Of a stretch of 64,000 nucleotides of DNA, positions 20,880-31,246 are shown one piece after another. Position 1 is the first letter of the stretch. Each line of letters opens with the position of its first letter. The notes under the pieces are model-generated. The model was not told where the DNA came from, did no database searches, and was given only the letters and a program-made list of their open reading frames with translations. The stretch is taken from positions 302,564-366,563 of the forward strand of contig JBAZNP010000001.1 of the NCBI GenBank assembly GCA_041649155.1. The letters are read 5' to 3'. The DNA is from Patescibacteria group bacterium. GTDB taxonomy: Bacteria > Patescibacteriota > UBA1384 > XYA2-FULL-43-10 > 1-14-0-10-43-13. Position numbers and translations under genes: made by a program.

Positions 20880-21548
20880 TTACTTTATTGTCTTTGCCCA
20901 ATTTTGATATATCTTAATCCCTTCACCAGCACTTTTCTCAGGATGAAATTGGGTAGCGAAAATATTATTTTTTTTAATACTGGAACAATATTTAATCCCT
21001 TCATAATCGGTCAGGGATAATATGTCCTCTGAATCGGAAGGTTTTACAAAAAAAGAATGAACAAAATACATGAATTCTCCGGGAGCTGTGTCAGATAAAG
21101 GCGAGTTACTCCAATAGTTTTTGTCATTATTAGGCGGGACTATTTGATTCCAACCAATTTGTGGTACTTTAATAACTTGTCCTTGATCATTATGAGTTGG
21201 AAATTTAACTACCCTCCCTTTCACTAAATCTAGACCTTTATGTAATCCAAATTCTTCGCTCTCAGAGAATAAGAGCTGTAACCCCAAACATACACCCATA
21301 AAAGGCTTACCGCTCTTTACAAAATCCCTAATAGGATCAATCAGCTCCATAGCTTTAATATTTTCCATCGCCTCACCAAATGCACCAACTCCAGGCAGAA
21401 TCGCACCGTCTGCTTTTAAGATTTCGTCTTTATCAGAAGTAATTTTTGAATCAAGGCCGATAAAAGAACAGGCATGCTGTACGCTATATAAATTGCCGGC
21501 CTTATAATCAATAATTGCAATCTTTTTCTTTTTTTTATCACTAGTCAT
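20880..21548 (-). CDS. Glutamine amidotransferase, HisH-like (WbuY-type)
   Basis: Class I GATase motifs GVCLGLQ and HPE. Confidence 0.85.
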   Translation of the reverse strand: MTSDKKKKKIAIIDYKAGNLYSVQHACSFIGLDSKITSDKDEILKADGAILPGVGAFGEAMENIKAMELIDPIRDFVKSGKPFMGVCLGLQLLFSESEEFGLHKGLDLVKGRVVKFPTHNDQGQVIKVPQIGWNQIVPPNNDKNYWSNSPLSDTAPGEFMYFVHSFFVKPSDSEDILSLTDYEGIKYCSSIKKNNIFATQFHPEKSAGEGIKIYQNWAKTIK

Positions 21549-21551
21549 TTT

Positions 21552-22433
21552 CTATTCCTTAATCTTGTATCGGCAATTAATACCATGAGCATGCAAATGA
21601 CTCTTAATCTCGCTTAAATCACAGGGTTTTATGTGTCCAAATTCTTTACCGCTTTTAAGGAATTCTATATTACCCTCTGTGCTATAATCGCCATCTTTTA
21701 TGTTTTTTCTAATAAAATCATAATGGAGAACGGAGGCCACAGCCACAGCATTTGCACCGCCATCTTTTACAACCTTTTCAATGTCAGTAGCATTTCCTGT
21801 TCCGCCATGAGCGATAACAGGAATTGAGACTGAATTAGCTACTTTTTTCACAAGATCCAAGTCAAAGCCCTTTCCCGTTCCTTCATTATCAACCGAGGTA
21901 AGAACTATTTCACCGGCTCCTAATTCTTCGACTTTTTTAGCCCAATCAAAAACTTCAACACCAGTATATTCTCTGGCATTGTCCGTATAAGCAAGATATG
22001 TGCCATCGGCCTGTTTAATTGCCTCAATCGCAACAACTATTGTTGATGAACCAAATATTCTTGAAGCCTCTTTGATAATCTCGGGGGTTTTTATTGCAGC
22101 TGTATTGAGACAGACTTTATCAGCGCCTGCCCTCAAAGCTTCTCTAATATCATCAACCGTTCTTATGCCACCACCAACAGTGAGAGGGATAAAGATCTCT
22201 TTCGCTGTACGAGTGATTATATCCTTTAAACTGTTTCTTTCATAAAGAGAGGCGACAACGTCCATATACATCAGTTCATCAGCGCCATTTTCATAATAAT
22301 ATTTAGCAAACTGCTCCGGTTTACCTAAAACCCTTAAGCCCTCAAGATGAATGCCTTTAACTAAGTTTGGCCCCTTAATATCCAACCTGGCAATTACTCT
22401 AATATTTTGCATTACTAAAATGATCCTTAACAA
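21552..22433 (-). CDS. Imidazole-glycerol-phosphate synthase cyclase subunit HisF-like (WbuZ-type)
   Basis: (beta/alpha)8 HisF signatures LDIKGPNLVKG...GGGIR...GADKV. The true start is probably the internal M at ~22412. Confidence 0.85.
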   Translation of the reverse strand: MLRIILVMQNIRVIARLDIKGPNLVKGIHLEGLRVLGKPEQFAKYYYENGADELMYMDVVASLYERNSLKDIITRTAKEIFIPLTVGGGIRTVDDIREALRAGADKVCLNTAAIKTPEIIKEASRIFGSSTIVVAIEAIKQADGTYLAYTDNAREYTGVEVFDWAKKVEELGAGEIVLTSVDNEGTGKGFDLDLVKKVANSVSIPVIAHGGTGNATDIEKVVKDGGANAVAVASVLHYDFIRKNIKDGDYSTEGNIEFLKSGKEFGHIKPCDLSEIKSHLHAHGINCRYKIKE

Positions 22434-23427
22434 ATTGTATTAATAATTCATACCCCATCACTTCACATTTATCGCTTCTGAAATATTTGTTAGATGTTGG
22501 AATAAAATCGCTATGCGGTTTTCCCCTAGATAGGCAATACATCTCATTATTTTCATAAAGGCATTCAAGCTCTTCTTCAACCATCAAAAGCTCATACATT
22601 TTTTCTCCGTTGATCTTCCCTATCGTATCAATTTTTATATTATCTGGTTTATGACCAAAATCAGGTGCCAGAACTTCAATCATCGCCTTAGCTAAATCTT
22701 TAATTTTAATCACTGGCATTTTTAGAATAAAAAGTTCACCGCCCTTTGACATTAGAGCCGCTTTTAAAACTAGTTCTGCTGCATCCGGTATCCTCATCAT
22801 AAAACGAGTCATTTTTCCATCCGTTAGGGTAACAGGCCCCCCTTTTTTTATTTGCTCATGAAAAATTGGGGCTACCGAACCTCGTGAACCAAAAACATTA
22901 CCAAATCGAACAGCTGAGAAAACAGTTTTATGATCGCCTTTATAATATTCTGCCGAAAGTGTAATTTTCTCTGCCAAGAGTTTCGTAGCGCCCATCACAT
23001 TGACAGGCATAGCTGCTTTATCCGTACTAACATGCACAAATTTTTCTACGTCAACAGAACGTGCGGCTTCAACCAGATTTTGAACCCCTAAAACATTGGT
23101 TTTAACAGCTTCGAAAGGATTTGACTCACAGAGTCCGACATGTTTCATGGCGGCAGCATTAAAAACAATGTCGGCACCCTCCATAGCTAAGAATACTCGA
23201 TCGCGATCTCTTACATCTCCAATCAAGAAAGTCACTTTACCAAGTGGCAGATATTGTAGCTCTCGTTTGAGCAAGAATTGTTTATGTTCATCACGAGAAA
23301 AAACTCTAACTTGTTTAACTGGATACTTGAGCAACCGTCTAACTATCTCACTACCAATTGAACCAGTTCCTCCCGTGACCAAAACAACTTTATCTTTAAA
23401 AAACCTTGTGAACTCTTTTTCGATCAT
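22399..23427 (-). CDS. UDP-GlcNAc 4,6-dehydratase (PseB/LegB/CapD-like)
   Basis: VLVTGGTGSIGSEIVRRLL plus polysaccharide-biosynthesis-protein architecture. Confidence 0.85.
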   Translation of the reverse strand: MIEKEFTRFFKDKVVLVTGGTGSIGSEIVRRLLKYPVKQVRVFSRDEHKQFLLKRELQYLPLGKVTFLIGDVRDRDRVFLAMEGADIVFNAAAMKHVGLCESNPFEAVKTNVLGVQNLVEAARSVDVEKFVHVSTDKAAMPVNVMGATKLLAEKITLSAEYYKGDHKTVFSAVRFGNVFGSRGSVAPIFHEQIKKGGPVTLTDGKMTRFMMRIPDAAELVLKAALMSKGGELFILKMPVIKIKDLAKAMIEVLAPDFGHKPDNIKIDTIGKINGEKMYELLMVEEELECLYENNEMYCLSRGKPHSDFIPTSNKYFRSDKCEVMGYELLIQFVKDHFSNAKY

Positions 23428-24545
23428 TTCTTTACCTTTAAGAGATTAGATTTTAATCGTTTTACCACATAATCAATCTCTTTATCAGTTAGTTTATTAT
23501 AAAACGGCAAAGCAATAGTTCTCTCAGAAACTGCTTCAGTTTTAAGAAAGTCGCCTTTCTTAAAACCATATTCTTTAAGGTAAGGCTGCAAATGAATGGC
23601 CGGAAAATAAACATTACAGCCAATACCATCAGCTTTTAGCAACTCAATAAGGTGATCTCTTTGTTTGCTTGAATAACTGGAGTTAAGTCTAATAACGTAG
23701 ACGAACCAGCTTCTTTTAATTTTATCAGAATCTGATGGAGGAAGAATTATCTCGTTAGTTCCCGCCAAAGCTTTATTATATTTTTGTGCAATCTTTTTTC
23801 TCTTATCCAATAAATCAGAAATTCTATCCAGTTGAGCTAAACCTAGAGCACAATTAATATCACTTAATCTGTAATTGTAACCAAGACGATTGTGAGACAA
23901 CCATGCCATAGTATCGCGTCCCTGATTTCTGAGGCTTTTTGCTGTCTCGGCAATTTTTTTATTATTCGTTACCAACATTCCGCCTTCGCCAGTTGTCATT
24001 TGTTTATTTGGGTAAAATGCAAAAACAGCACAGTCACTAAAAGTGCCTGCTTTTTTCTTGTCAATCTCAGCTCCAATTCCCTCGCAGGCATCTTCAATAA
24101 CATAAAGGTTATGCTTCTTTGCAATTTGTCTAATTTTTAACATGTTGGCCGGATAACCGAACACATGAACAGGGATAATTGCTTTTGTTTTCTTTGTTAT
24201 CTTAGATTCAATCTCATTTTCATCGATATTCAATGTATCTAGATTTATATCAACAAAAACCGGTTTGGCTCGTTCAAACAAAAAGCAGTTAGTTGAAGCA
24301 ACAAAACTAAAAGGAGTAGTTATAACTTCATCACCGTCTTTTATATCTAGGGCACGAATGCAAAGATGTAGAGCGCTGGTACCGCTATTTAGGGCAACTG
24401 CATACTTTGTGTCAATATATTTAGCAAATTTTTCTTCAAACTCAGGTAATTTTGGACCAAGACTTAAATAGCTTGTCTTTAACACAGAGACAACAGCCTC
24501 TATTTCCTTCTTTGTAATATCAGGACCAGAAAGTGGAATGTTCAT
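23424..24545 (-). CDS. DegT/DnrJ/EryC1/StrS family nucleotide-sugar aminotransferase (PseC/LegC-like)
   Basis: PLP fold and family motifs. Confidence 0.85.
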   Translation of the reverse strand: MNIPLSGPDITKKEIEAVVSVLKTSYLSLGPKLPEFEEKFAKYIDTKYAVALNSGTSALHLCIRALDIKDGDEVITTPFSFVASTNCFLFERAKPVFVDINLDTLNIDENEIESKITKKTKAIIPVHVFGYPANMLKIRQIAKKHNLYVIEDACEGIGAEIDKKKAGTFSDCAVFAFYPNKQMTTGEGGMLVTNNKKIAETAKSLRNQGRDTMAWLSHNRLGYNYRLSDINCALGLAQLDRISDLLDKRKKIAQKYNKALAGTNEIILPPSDSDKIKRSWFVYVIRLNSSYSSKQRDHLIELLKADGIGCNVYFPAIHLQPYLKEYGFKKGDFLKTEAVSERTIALPFYNKLTDKEIDYVVKRLKSNLLKVKK

Positions 24546-24937
24546 TTTTTAACCTCTTTTTTAATCTTTATGGGAACTCCGAAAGCAACGCTGTTTGCCG
24601 GTACATCTTTATTAACAAAAGAAAAAGCGCCAACTACTGCATTTTCACCAATAGTAACCCCTGGCATGACGACAGAATGACTACCCAAACAAGCGCCTTT
24701 TTTAAGATGAACCTTTCCGCTTTTTTCGTCAATAGTTGAGACTGAATAGATTGAACAATGAGAACCGATCTGAACCTCGTCCTCAATGATAACCCCTTTT
24801 TTAGCATTAATATAAGTAAAAGCACCAATATCGGTCATTTTACCTAACAAAAAACTATCAATATTTTGAACCACCCAATTGTACTTGGTCGGTTTACCAT
24901 CCTCAATTTTTGGATATTGCCAGTTGCTAAATCTCAT
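24542..24937 (-). CDS. Hexapeptide-repeat N-acetyltransferase (LegH/PglD-like, short)
   Basis: 131 aa LbH repeats: GENAVVGAFSFVNKDVPANSVAFGVP. Confidence 0.55.
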   Translation of the reverse strand: MRFSNWQYPKIEDGKPTKYNWVVQNIDSFLLGKMTDIGAFTYINAKKGVIIEDEVQIGSHCSIYSVSTIDEKSGKVHLKKGACLGSHSVVMPGVTIGENAVVGAFSFVNKDVPANSVAFGVPIKIKKEVKK

Positions 24938-24945
24938 TTTCTCTC

Positions 24946-26121
24946 CTAATAGGTAATTTGCTTTGATAATAAGTCATTTCCCAAAGGTGTTTTTTCTAAA
25001 ACAGCAACAATGCGCTGGCTAGCCTTGCCATCACCGTAGGGATTATGATTAGGATTCTTTTCCTTTTTTGCTATCGTACCATACTCAAGAGCTTTTTTGA
25101 TAGCTTTTATAATTTGTTTTTCATCATAATCAACATCTACAACATTAGACGCACGTTCTCGATTGTTCTGCCGCGAGCCGATATTTACGACAGGGAGACC
25201 AAAAGAAGGTGCTTCGATTATTCCACTTGAAGAATTACCAATGAGGACATCTGACGACTTTAGAAAACCGAGGTAATCCTTGTGCGGAACATTCTTCATC
25301 AAATTAAAAAAAGAAGTATCTCGATAACTCTCTAATATTTTTATAATTTTTTGGCCGCCGGCATCAGAGTTGGGATAAATTACCAATGTCTGAGAATTAA
25401 AAGATGCCACGGCTTCAACAATCTTTTTAACATTATTCTCCAAAACATCTAATTCTGAAGCAACAGGATGTTGGATTAGAATAAACAATGATTTATCTTG
25501 ATTAAAATTATATTTCTTGAATAATTTTGATTTTTCAGGCAAAACCTCATTCAAGATACAATCAAGAGATGGAGCACCAGAAATGTGAACGTTCTCCTTT
25601 TTTTCGCCAAGTTTAATTATTCTTTCTTTAGCCTTTTTTGTCGCAGCAAAATGAATATGAGAAAGTTTGGTTATAGCATGACGAATAACTTCGTCGATAT
25701 GGCCAGAGACTTCACCACCATGAATATGAGCAACGGAAATACCAAGATAATTCGCAGCTATGGCACCGGCTAACATTTCTCCACGATCGCCTAGAACAAC
25801 AAGAATGTCAGGCTTATATTTTTTGAATACATCAGCAAACCTATTTATTGCCTCCCCTACAAAATGAGCCATGGAGATACCATCATCTTCCATGCCGATA
25901 GCCACCTCTGCAGTAACAGGAAAGCCATCTTTTTTTATTTCATCTATGGTTCGGCCGAACTGCGGCAGTAGATGCATCCCTGTCACAACTAATTGAAGTT
26001 CAAGCTTATCTGATAATTCAACTGCCTTCATTACAGGCGTTAAGATTCCATAGTCAGCTCTTGTTCCCGTAATAAAACATATTTTTCTTCTATTTTTTTT
26101 CATTATGAAAGATTTTCCCAA
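24946..26121 (-). CDS. UDP-N-acetylglucosamine 2-epimerase, hydrolysing type (NeuC/LegG-like)
   Basis: ICFITGTRADYGIL and HxxGG motifs typical of NeuC. Confidence 0.85.
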   Translation of the reverse strand: MGKSFIMKKNRRKICFITGTRADYGILTPVMKAVELSDKLELQLVVTGMHLLPQFGRTIDEIKKDGFPVTAEVAIGMEDDGISMAHFVGEAINRFADVFKKYKPDILVVLGDRGEMLAGAIAANYLGISVAHIHGGEVSGHIDEVIRHAITKLSHIHFAATKKAKERIIKLGEKKENVHISGAPSLDCILNEVLPEKSKLFKKYNFNQDKSLFILIQHPVASELDVLENNVKKIVEAVASFNSQTLVIYPNSDAGGQKIIKILESYRDTSFFNLMKNVPHKDYLGFLKSSDVLIGNSSSGIIEAPSFGLPVVNIGSRQNNRERASNVVDVDYDEKQIIKAIKKALEYGTIAKKEKNPNHNPYGDGKASQRIVAVLEKTPLGNDLLSKQITY

Positions 26122-27836
26122 AGCAATGGCTCGTCTTTTTTAATAATCTTAATTGCTTTCATCCCAATTATTTTGTCAAAAAATTCAGGTTTTATTCCAG
26201 TTTCAGGCCTCTTAATCACAAGCATTTCATCTGAAATTTTTTCACTTTTTTTTATATCACGATTAGCAAAGATGCTTTTCCTGGCCACTCTCCTTACATT
26301 AAGTTCTGATTCACACAACTTCTTATTTCCATCGCCTATCGCTTTCTCTATATTTCGTATTGCCTTTACAAGCTCTTTCAACTCTTCAGGATTTATTGAA
26401 GCCTTATGATCTGGACCGATCATCTTCTTATCTAAAGTGAAGTGTTTTTCAACCACACGTGCACCCAGTGCTGCAGCTGCAATTGATGCTTCTAGCCCGA
26501 TTGTATGATCTGAATATCCAATAAGTGTCCCAAATTTCTGCTTCAAAGCTTTCATAGCCTTTAAATTAACTGTATCGTGACTGGCTGGATAACTTGAAGT
26601 GCAGTGAAGCAAAATTAGCTGCTTGTTTTCCTTAGTAATAATGTCAACAGCACTTGAAATCTCCTCTATTGTTGACATCCCGGTTGAGAGGATAATTGGT
26701 TTTCCGAACTTAGCAACTTGTTTAAGTAGCTGTGTGTTAGTCAAATCTCCAGAACCAATTTTAAAAGCTGGAACATCTAATTCATTTAGAAAATCCGCAC
26801 TTCTAGGATCAAAAGGAGTTGAAAGAAAAATGATTTTCTTTTCATCGCAATACTTTTTTAATTCCCTAAATTCGCCTTCAGATAATTCTAACTCTTTCAA
26901 CATTTCAAATTGGGTTTTATTAGAGAATTCATCTTTCTGATACTCTGCCTTTGGTGCATCCAGAGATACAAGAAGTTCCGTATTAAATGTTTGGAATTTC
27001 ACCGCGTTTGCGCCAGCTTCCAATGCAGCATCAACCATTTTCTTAGCGATTTCTAAACTGCCATTATGGTTAACTCCCACTTCAGCTATAATAAAGATTC
27101 CGTCACTGAGTGAAAAGTTGGAAATATTATTTTCGAATAACTTTTCAAACATGATTTCTGCAATATTAAAATCAATTGCTTCATCAATATCTACCGACCT
27201 TTCCCGAGGCATAACAATCGCAGAAAGGTTAGAATGATCTGTTAGTTTGCCTTCTTCTAATATGACTTCACGACGGGTAACATAAATTGCACCGTTAAGT
27301 CGATAGGCTTCGGGCAAATCCTGACTTTGAGCATTAATATTATGAACTTTTAATAATGGTTTGGCCTTGTTCTTTTCCAACTGATACATCCATTCTGGCC
27401 GTTCGCTAATTTCACAAACCGAAACACAAGAATTTGTTTTTGTCTCAATCAATCTGTTAATAGCCAAATCAATATCCTCTGTCTGAATAAGAGGAGTAGT
27501 TGGTTGTATCAGAACAACAATGTCATATTTGCTATCGTTCTTCTGTTCGACTAAGTTTAAAGCATGTAATATAACTTGAAAAGTTTTCGCTGTGTTAGTG
27601 GCTAACTCAGCTGGACGAATAAAAGGAATTTCTGCTCCCCATTCTTCTGAGATTTTAGCAATTTCTTTATCATCAGTAGAGACAATAACGCGATCGATAA
27701 AATTCGAGCCCAAAGCTGCACCAATTGCATGAGCAATAAGTGGCTTTCCAGCCAATGTCTTAATATTCTTTCCAGGCAAACGTTGAGAACCACCTCTAGC
27801 AGGAATAATTGTTAAGATTTTATGATTTTTTATCAT
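26103..27836 (-). CDS. Bifunctional fusion: CMP-nonulosonic acid synthetase (NeuA/LegF-like, N-terminal) plus nonulosonic acid synthase (NeuB/LegI-like, C-terminal with SAF domain)
   Basis: N-terminal ILTIIPARGGSQRLPGKNIK cytidylyltransferase. C-terminal FIIAEVGVNHNGSLEIAKKMVDAA NeuB TIM barrel. All in one 577-aa ORF. Confidence 0.8.
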   Translation of the reverse strand: MIKNHKILTIIPARGGSQRLPGKNIKTLAGKPLIAHAIGAALGSNFIDRVIVSTDDKEIAKISEEWGAEIPFIRPAELATNTAKTFQVILHALNLVEQKNDSKYDIVVLIQPTTPLIQTEDIDLAINRLIETKTNSCVSVCEISERPEWMYQLEKNKAKPLLKVHNINAQSQDLPEAYRLNGAIYVTRREVILEEGKLTDHSNLSAIVMPRERSVDIDEAIDFNIAEIMFEKLFENNISNFSLSDGIFIIAEVGVNHNGSLEIAKKMVDAALEAGANAVKFQTFNTELLVSLDAPKAEYQKDEFSNKTQFEMLKELELSEGEFRELKKYCDEKKIIFLSTPFDPRSADFLNELDVPAFKIGSGDLTNTQLLKQVAKFGKPIILSTGMSTIEEISSAVDIITKENKQLILLHCTSSYPASHDTVNLKAMKALKQKFGTLIGYSDHTIGLEASIAAAALGARVVEKHFTLDKKMIGPDHKASINPEELKELVKAIRNIEKAIGDGNKKLCESELNVRRVARKSIFANRDIKKSEKISDEMLVIKRPETGIKPEFFDKIIGMKAIKIIKKDEPLLWENLS

Positions 27837-27844
27837 CAGATCCT

Positions 27845-29095
27845 TTAATTAGTCTGCTTTATCATTTTTGTTTCCCACTTCAAAAAAGGTTGCAATATGC
27901 CGTTCCGAGACGATTCATTAAAAAGCGATTTTGGCGTAGTACCATTATCAACAATATTAAACCGTATTGTTTCTACTCGGTCGAATATCTCATAAGGAAC
28001 TGAATTCGTGTTTAGCCCAACGTTGACATTATAAGTATCAATGTTCAACCACTTAGCAGGCACCACCAGATCAGTTTGATAATATCCTGGTTTACGCTCA
28101 TTTTGTAGTTCTGGGCTTAGGTCATAGTCAGTGCTGCAAAGAACAGTTATCCCATCCATTGTTTGCAATGAAATCCAAACCAGGGCATTTTTAATAGCTT
28201 CATTAACCTCATACTCGACCCTTATGATTGCCTCTTCATTATAATTAATATTTTCAGAAATATTTCTTATTTGCGGGTTTAATTGAACCTTTCTTAAATT
28301 CATTTTTTTTCTAGGGTCTCTTTTCTGCTTATAAATTTTACCCTTTGTAAAACCTGAAACTAAATATTTCTTAATAACCTCTGACGAAGGTCCACTGGCA
28401 ATAATCTTCCCATGTTCGAGCATTATAGATCGTTGGCAAAGACGATTCACTGCTTCTAAATTATGACTTACAAATATGACCGTTCGACCGCCTTTTGCAA
28501 CATCTTGCATTTTACCTAAGCATTTTTTCTGAAATTGAATATCTCCAACTGCTAAAACTTCGTCTACAATCAATATCTCTGGCTCCAAATGAGCTGCAAC
28601 AGCAAAAGCAAGACGAACGTACATTCCAGATGAATAACGTTTTACTGGAGTGTCAAGAAACTTTTCAATTTCAGAAAAAGCAACAATTTCATCAAATTTG
28701 CGTCTTATTTCTCGCTGAGTCATTCCAAGTATAGCACCATTTAAAAAAATGTTTTCGCGACCAGTGAGCTCTGGGTGAAAACCAGTGCCAACCTCCAAAA
28801 GAGAGGCCACGCGGCCACGCATCCTAATTTTCCCTTCAGTAGGAGGAGTAATTTGAGATAAAATTTTTAAAAGAGTACTTTTGCCTGCACCGTTTCTCCC
28901 AATAATGCCAACTGTCTCTCCTTGATTTACCTCAAAATTTAATCCGCTTAGAGCTTTAAAACTCTCTTTAGGAGAAACTCTTTTTTTAAAATCAAACAAT
29001 CCGGCTATAGAATCACGCAAAGAGTGATAGGGCTCTACTGCACCTATCTTATAGACTTTTTCCAAGTTTTCGACTTTTATTATTGCTTCAGACAT
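27845..29095 (-). CDS. ABC transporter ATP-binding protein, Wzt-like, with C-terminal glycan-binding domain
   Basis: Walker A GRNGAGKST, signature LSGG-like YSSGM, Walker B ILIVDE. A ~170-aa C-terminal extension is present. Confidence 0.85.
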   Translation of the reverse strand: MSEAIIKVENLEKVYKIGAVEPYHSLRDSIAGLFDFKKRVSPKESFKALSGLNFEVNQGETVGIIGRNGAGKSTLLKILSQITPPTEGKIRMRGRVASLLEVGTGFHPELTGRENIFLNGAILGMTQREIRRKFDEIVAFSEIEKFLDTPVKRYSSGMYVRLAFAVAAHLEPEILIVDEVLAVGDIQFQKKCLGKMQDVAKGGRTVIFVSHNLEAVNRLCQRSIMLEHGKIIASGPSSEVIKKYLVSGFTKGKIYKQKRDPRKKMNLRKVQLNPQIRNISENINYNEEAIIRVEYEVNEAIKNALVWISLQTMDGITVLCSTDYDLSPELQNERKPGYYQTDLVVPAKWLNIDTYNVNVGLNTNSVPYEIFDRVETIRFNIVDNGTTPKSLFNESSRNGILQPFLKWETKMIKQTN

Positions 29096-29110
29096 TTTAC
29101 CACTCTTCCT

Positions 29111-29971
29111 TTAAAGAACATCGGCAAGAAAACGCTCGGTTTTTCTAAAATAGAAAATTCCGATTAATAAGAATATTATACTAACCAGAAATGAATATAA
29201 CAGAATTTGGAAATTAATCGCTTCGGTTTTTAATAATGATGCTCTGGCAGTCGTAATAACTCCGGTCATAGGATTTAAATACATAAGCCATTGGAACTTT
29301 GCAGGGATAATGCTTACCGGATAAATAACCGGTGTAACAAATAGTAAAGTTTGAATCATGAAAGGCAGAACATATCTTACATCCCTAAATTTTGCGTTCA
29401 AAGCAGAGAGTAATAGCCCTAATCCTGCTGCGCCAAGAAAAGATATTAACAACAGAACAGGGATTAATATCACTCCGATAACAGTGGGGGTAAAATGATA
29501 ATAGATCATCAAAGCAAAAAGAATAAGTAGGGCAAAAAGAAAATCTATTGCAGGAGTAACTGTGGTCGCAAACGGTAATAAAAGACGAGGGAAGTAAACT
29601 TTCTTAATTATCCCCTCGTTAGCGATCAAACATTCACTGGCCGAAGTGAGAGAAATTGAAAAGTAATTCCATAGTAATAATCCTGTATAAACAAATATCG
29701 GGTATGGAATATTTTCAGAAGGAATCTTTGCAAAGCTGCCAAAGAAAATAGAAAAGACTACCATAGTTATGAATGGTTGAAAAATTGCCCAAGCTATTCC
29801 AAGAATAGTTTGTTTATATTTGACTTTTACATCCCTCCAAGCAAAAATATAGAGCAATTCCCTATACCGCCAAACTTCCGGTAAGTTGAGATCTATTAAC
29901 CCTCTCGGCGGTTTTATTTCGTAACAAACTTCTTTTGCTTTCATCAACGTAATTTCTCTTAAATTAACCAC
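29111..29971 (-). CDS. ABC-2 type polysaccharide exporter permease (Wzm-like)
   Basis: 286 aa with 6 predicted TM helices, adjacent to Wzt. Confidence 0.8.
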   Translation of the reverse strand: MVNLREITLMKAKEVCYEIKPPRGLIDLNLPEVWRYRELLYIFAWRDVKVKYKQTILGIAWAIFQPFITMVVFSIFFGSFAKIPSENIPYPIFVYTGLLLWNYFSISLTSASECLIANEGIIKKVYFPRLLLPFATTVTPAIDFLFALLILFALMIYYHFTPTVIGVILIPVLLLISFLGAAGLGLLLSALNAKFRDVRYVLPFMIQTLLFVTPVIYPVSIIPAKFQWLMYLNPMTGVITTARASLLKTEAINFQILLYSFLVSIIFLLIGIFYFRKTERFLADVL

Positions 29972-29973
29972 AT

Positions 29974-31104
29974 TTACCAGCGGCTATTATTAATAGTTAT
30001 TGTCGAGGCATTTTCAATAAAGACTCCATTTGCTCTTGCTCTCTCTTTTTCAGCCCTACTGATAAGTGGCATTTCTTTTTTCTCAGATTGGTAGTCACTT
30101 TCAGTCATTAATTTAATTAATTCTTGAAATTTTACTTTTGGCTCCCAACCAAGCTCTTTTTTAGCTTTGGAAAAATCACCGATTAGTAAATCCACTTCTG
30201 CCGGTCTAAAATAATTAGTATCTATCCTCACTATCGTTTTTCCTGAATCAATATTTACCCCGACTTCATCAGAGCCTTGACCTTGCCATTTAATATTTAA
30301 TCCTAAATATTTTGCTGCCACTTCAACACATTCTCTGACTGAATGAGTTTCGTTGGTTGCTATAACAAAATCATCCGCTTTTTCTTGTTGTAGCATCAAC
30401 CACATTGCCTCGACATAATCTTTTGCATAACCCCAATCTCTTCTAGCTTCAAGATTTCCAAGATAAATGCACTCTTGTAGTCCTAATTTAATACGTGCTA
30501 ATCCTTGAGTAATTTTTCTAGTTACAAAAGCCTCTCCGCGTCTAGGCGACTCGTGATTAAAAAGTATTCCGTTACAAGCAAAAAGATTGTAACTTTCTCG
30601 ATAATTTTTTGTTATCCAATATGCATAAACTTTAGCACAACCATAAGGGCTTCTCGGATAAAAGGGCGTGGTTTCTTTTTGCGGCATTTCTACAACTTTT
30701 CCGAACATTTCACTACTTGAAGCTTGGTAGAACTTAGTGTTGATGCCTGACTCACGAATGGCGTCTAGGATTCTAAGAGTTCCAAGCCCGGTAGTGTCGC
30801 CAGTGTATTCTGGAATATCAAAGCTAACTTTAACATGGCTCTGGGCTCCAAGATGGTATATTTCATCTGGTTTAATTTTTTCTATTAGCCTACTAATGCT
30901 GCTTGCATCAGATAGATCTCCATAGTGAAGAAATAATTTTATATCTTTCTCGTGAAGGTCTTTATGAAGATGATCTATTCTGCTCCTGTTAAAGGAAGAT
31001 GATCGACGAACCAGCCCATGTACTTCATACCCTTTTTCAAGTAAAAACTCGGCTAGGTATGAGCCGTCTTGTCCAGTGATTCCAGTTATGAGCGCTCTTT
31101 TCAT
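29974..31104 (-). CDS. gmd: GDP-mannose 4,6-dehydratase
   Basis: [27 protein letters not shown] is the canonical GMD N-terminus. Confidence 0.9.
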   Translation of the reverse strand: MKRALITGITGQDGSYLAEFLLEKGYEVHGLVRRSSSFNRSRIDHLHKDLHEKDIKLFLHYGDLSDASSISRLIEKIKPDEIYHLGAQSHVKVSFDIPEYTGDTTGLGTLRILDAIRESGINTKFYQASSSEMFGKVVEMPQKETTPFYPRSPYGCAKVYAYWITKNYRESYNLFACNGILFNHESPRRGEAFVTRKITQGLARIKLGLQECIYLGNLEARRDWGYAKDYVEAMWLMLQQEKADDFVIATNETHSVRECVEVAAKYLGLNIKWQGQGSDEVGVNIDSGKTIVRIDTNYFRPAEVDLLIGDFSKAKKELGWEPKVKFQELIKLMTESDYQSEKKEMPLISRAEKERARANGVFIENASTITINNSRW

Positions 31105-31189
31105 CCAATCTCCAAAGCTTTATATGATACCCTTAATTACTAGTCAATAGTAACAAAAGATTCCTTTAAATTCAAATGAAAGCTTTGAG

Positions 31190-31223
31190 ACACAAAAAGG
31201 TCTGGCGCAAATGCGCCAGACCT
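31190..31223 (-). terminator. Rho-independent terminator for the HD-domain gene
   Basis: Perfect hairpin AGGTCTGGCGC-AAAT-GCGCCAGACCT, followed on the minus strand by UUUUUGUG. Confidence 0.65.
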
Positions 31224-31246
31224 ACTATTTTAAATTCGCCGACTGC

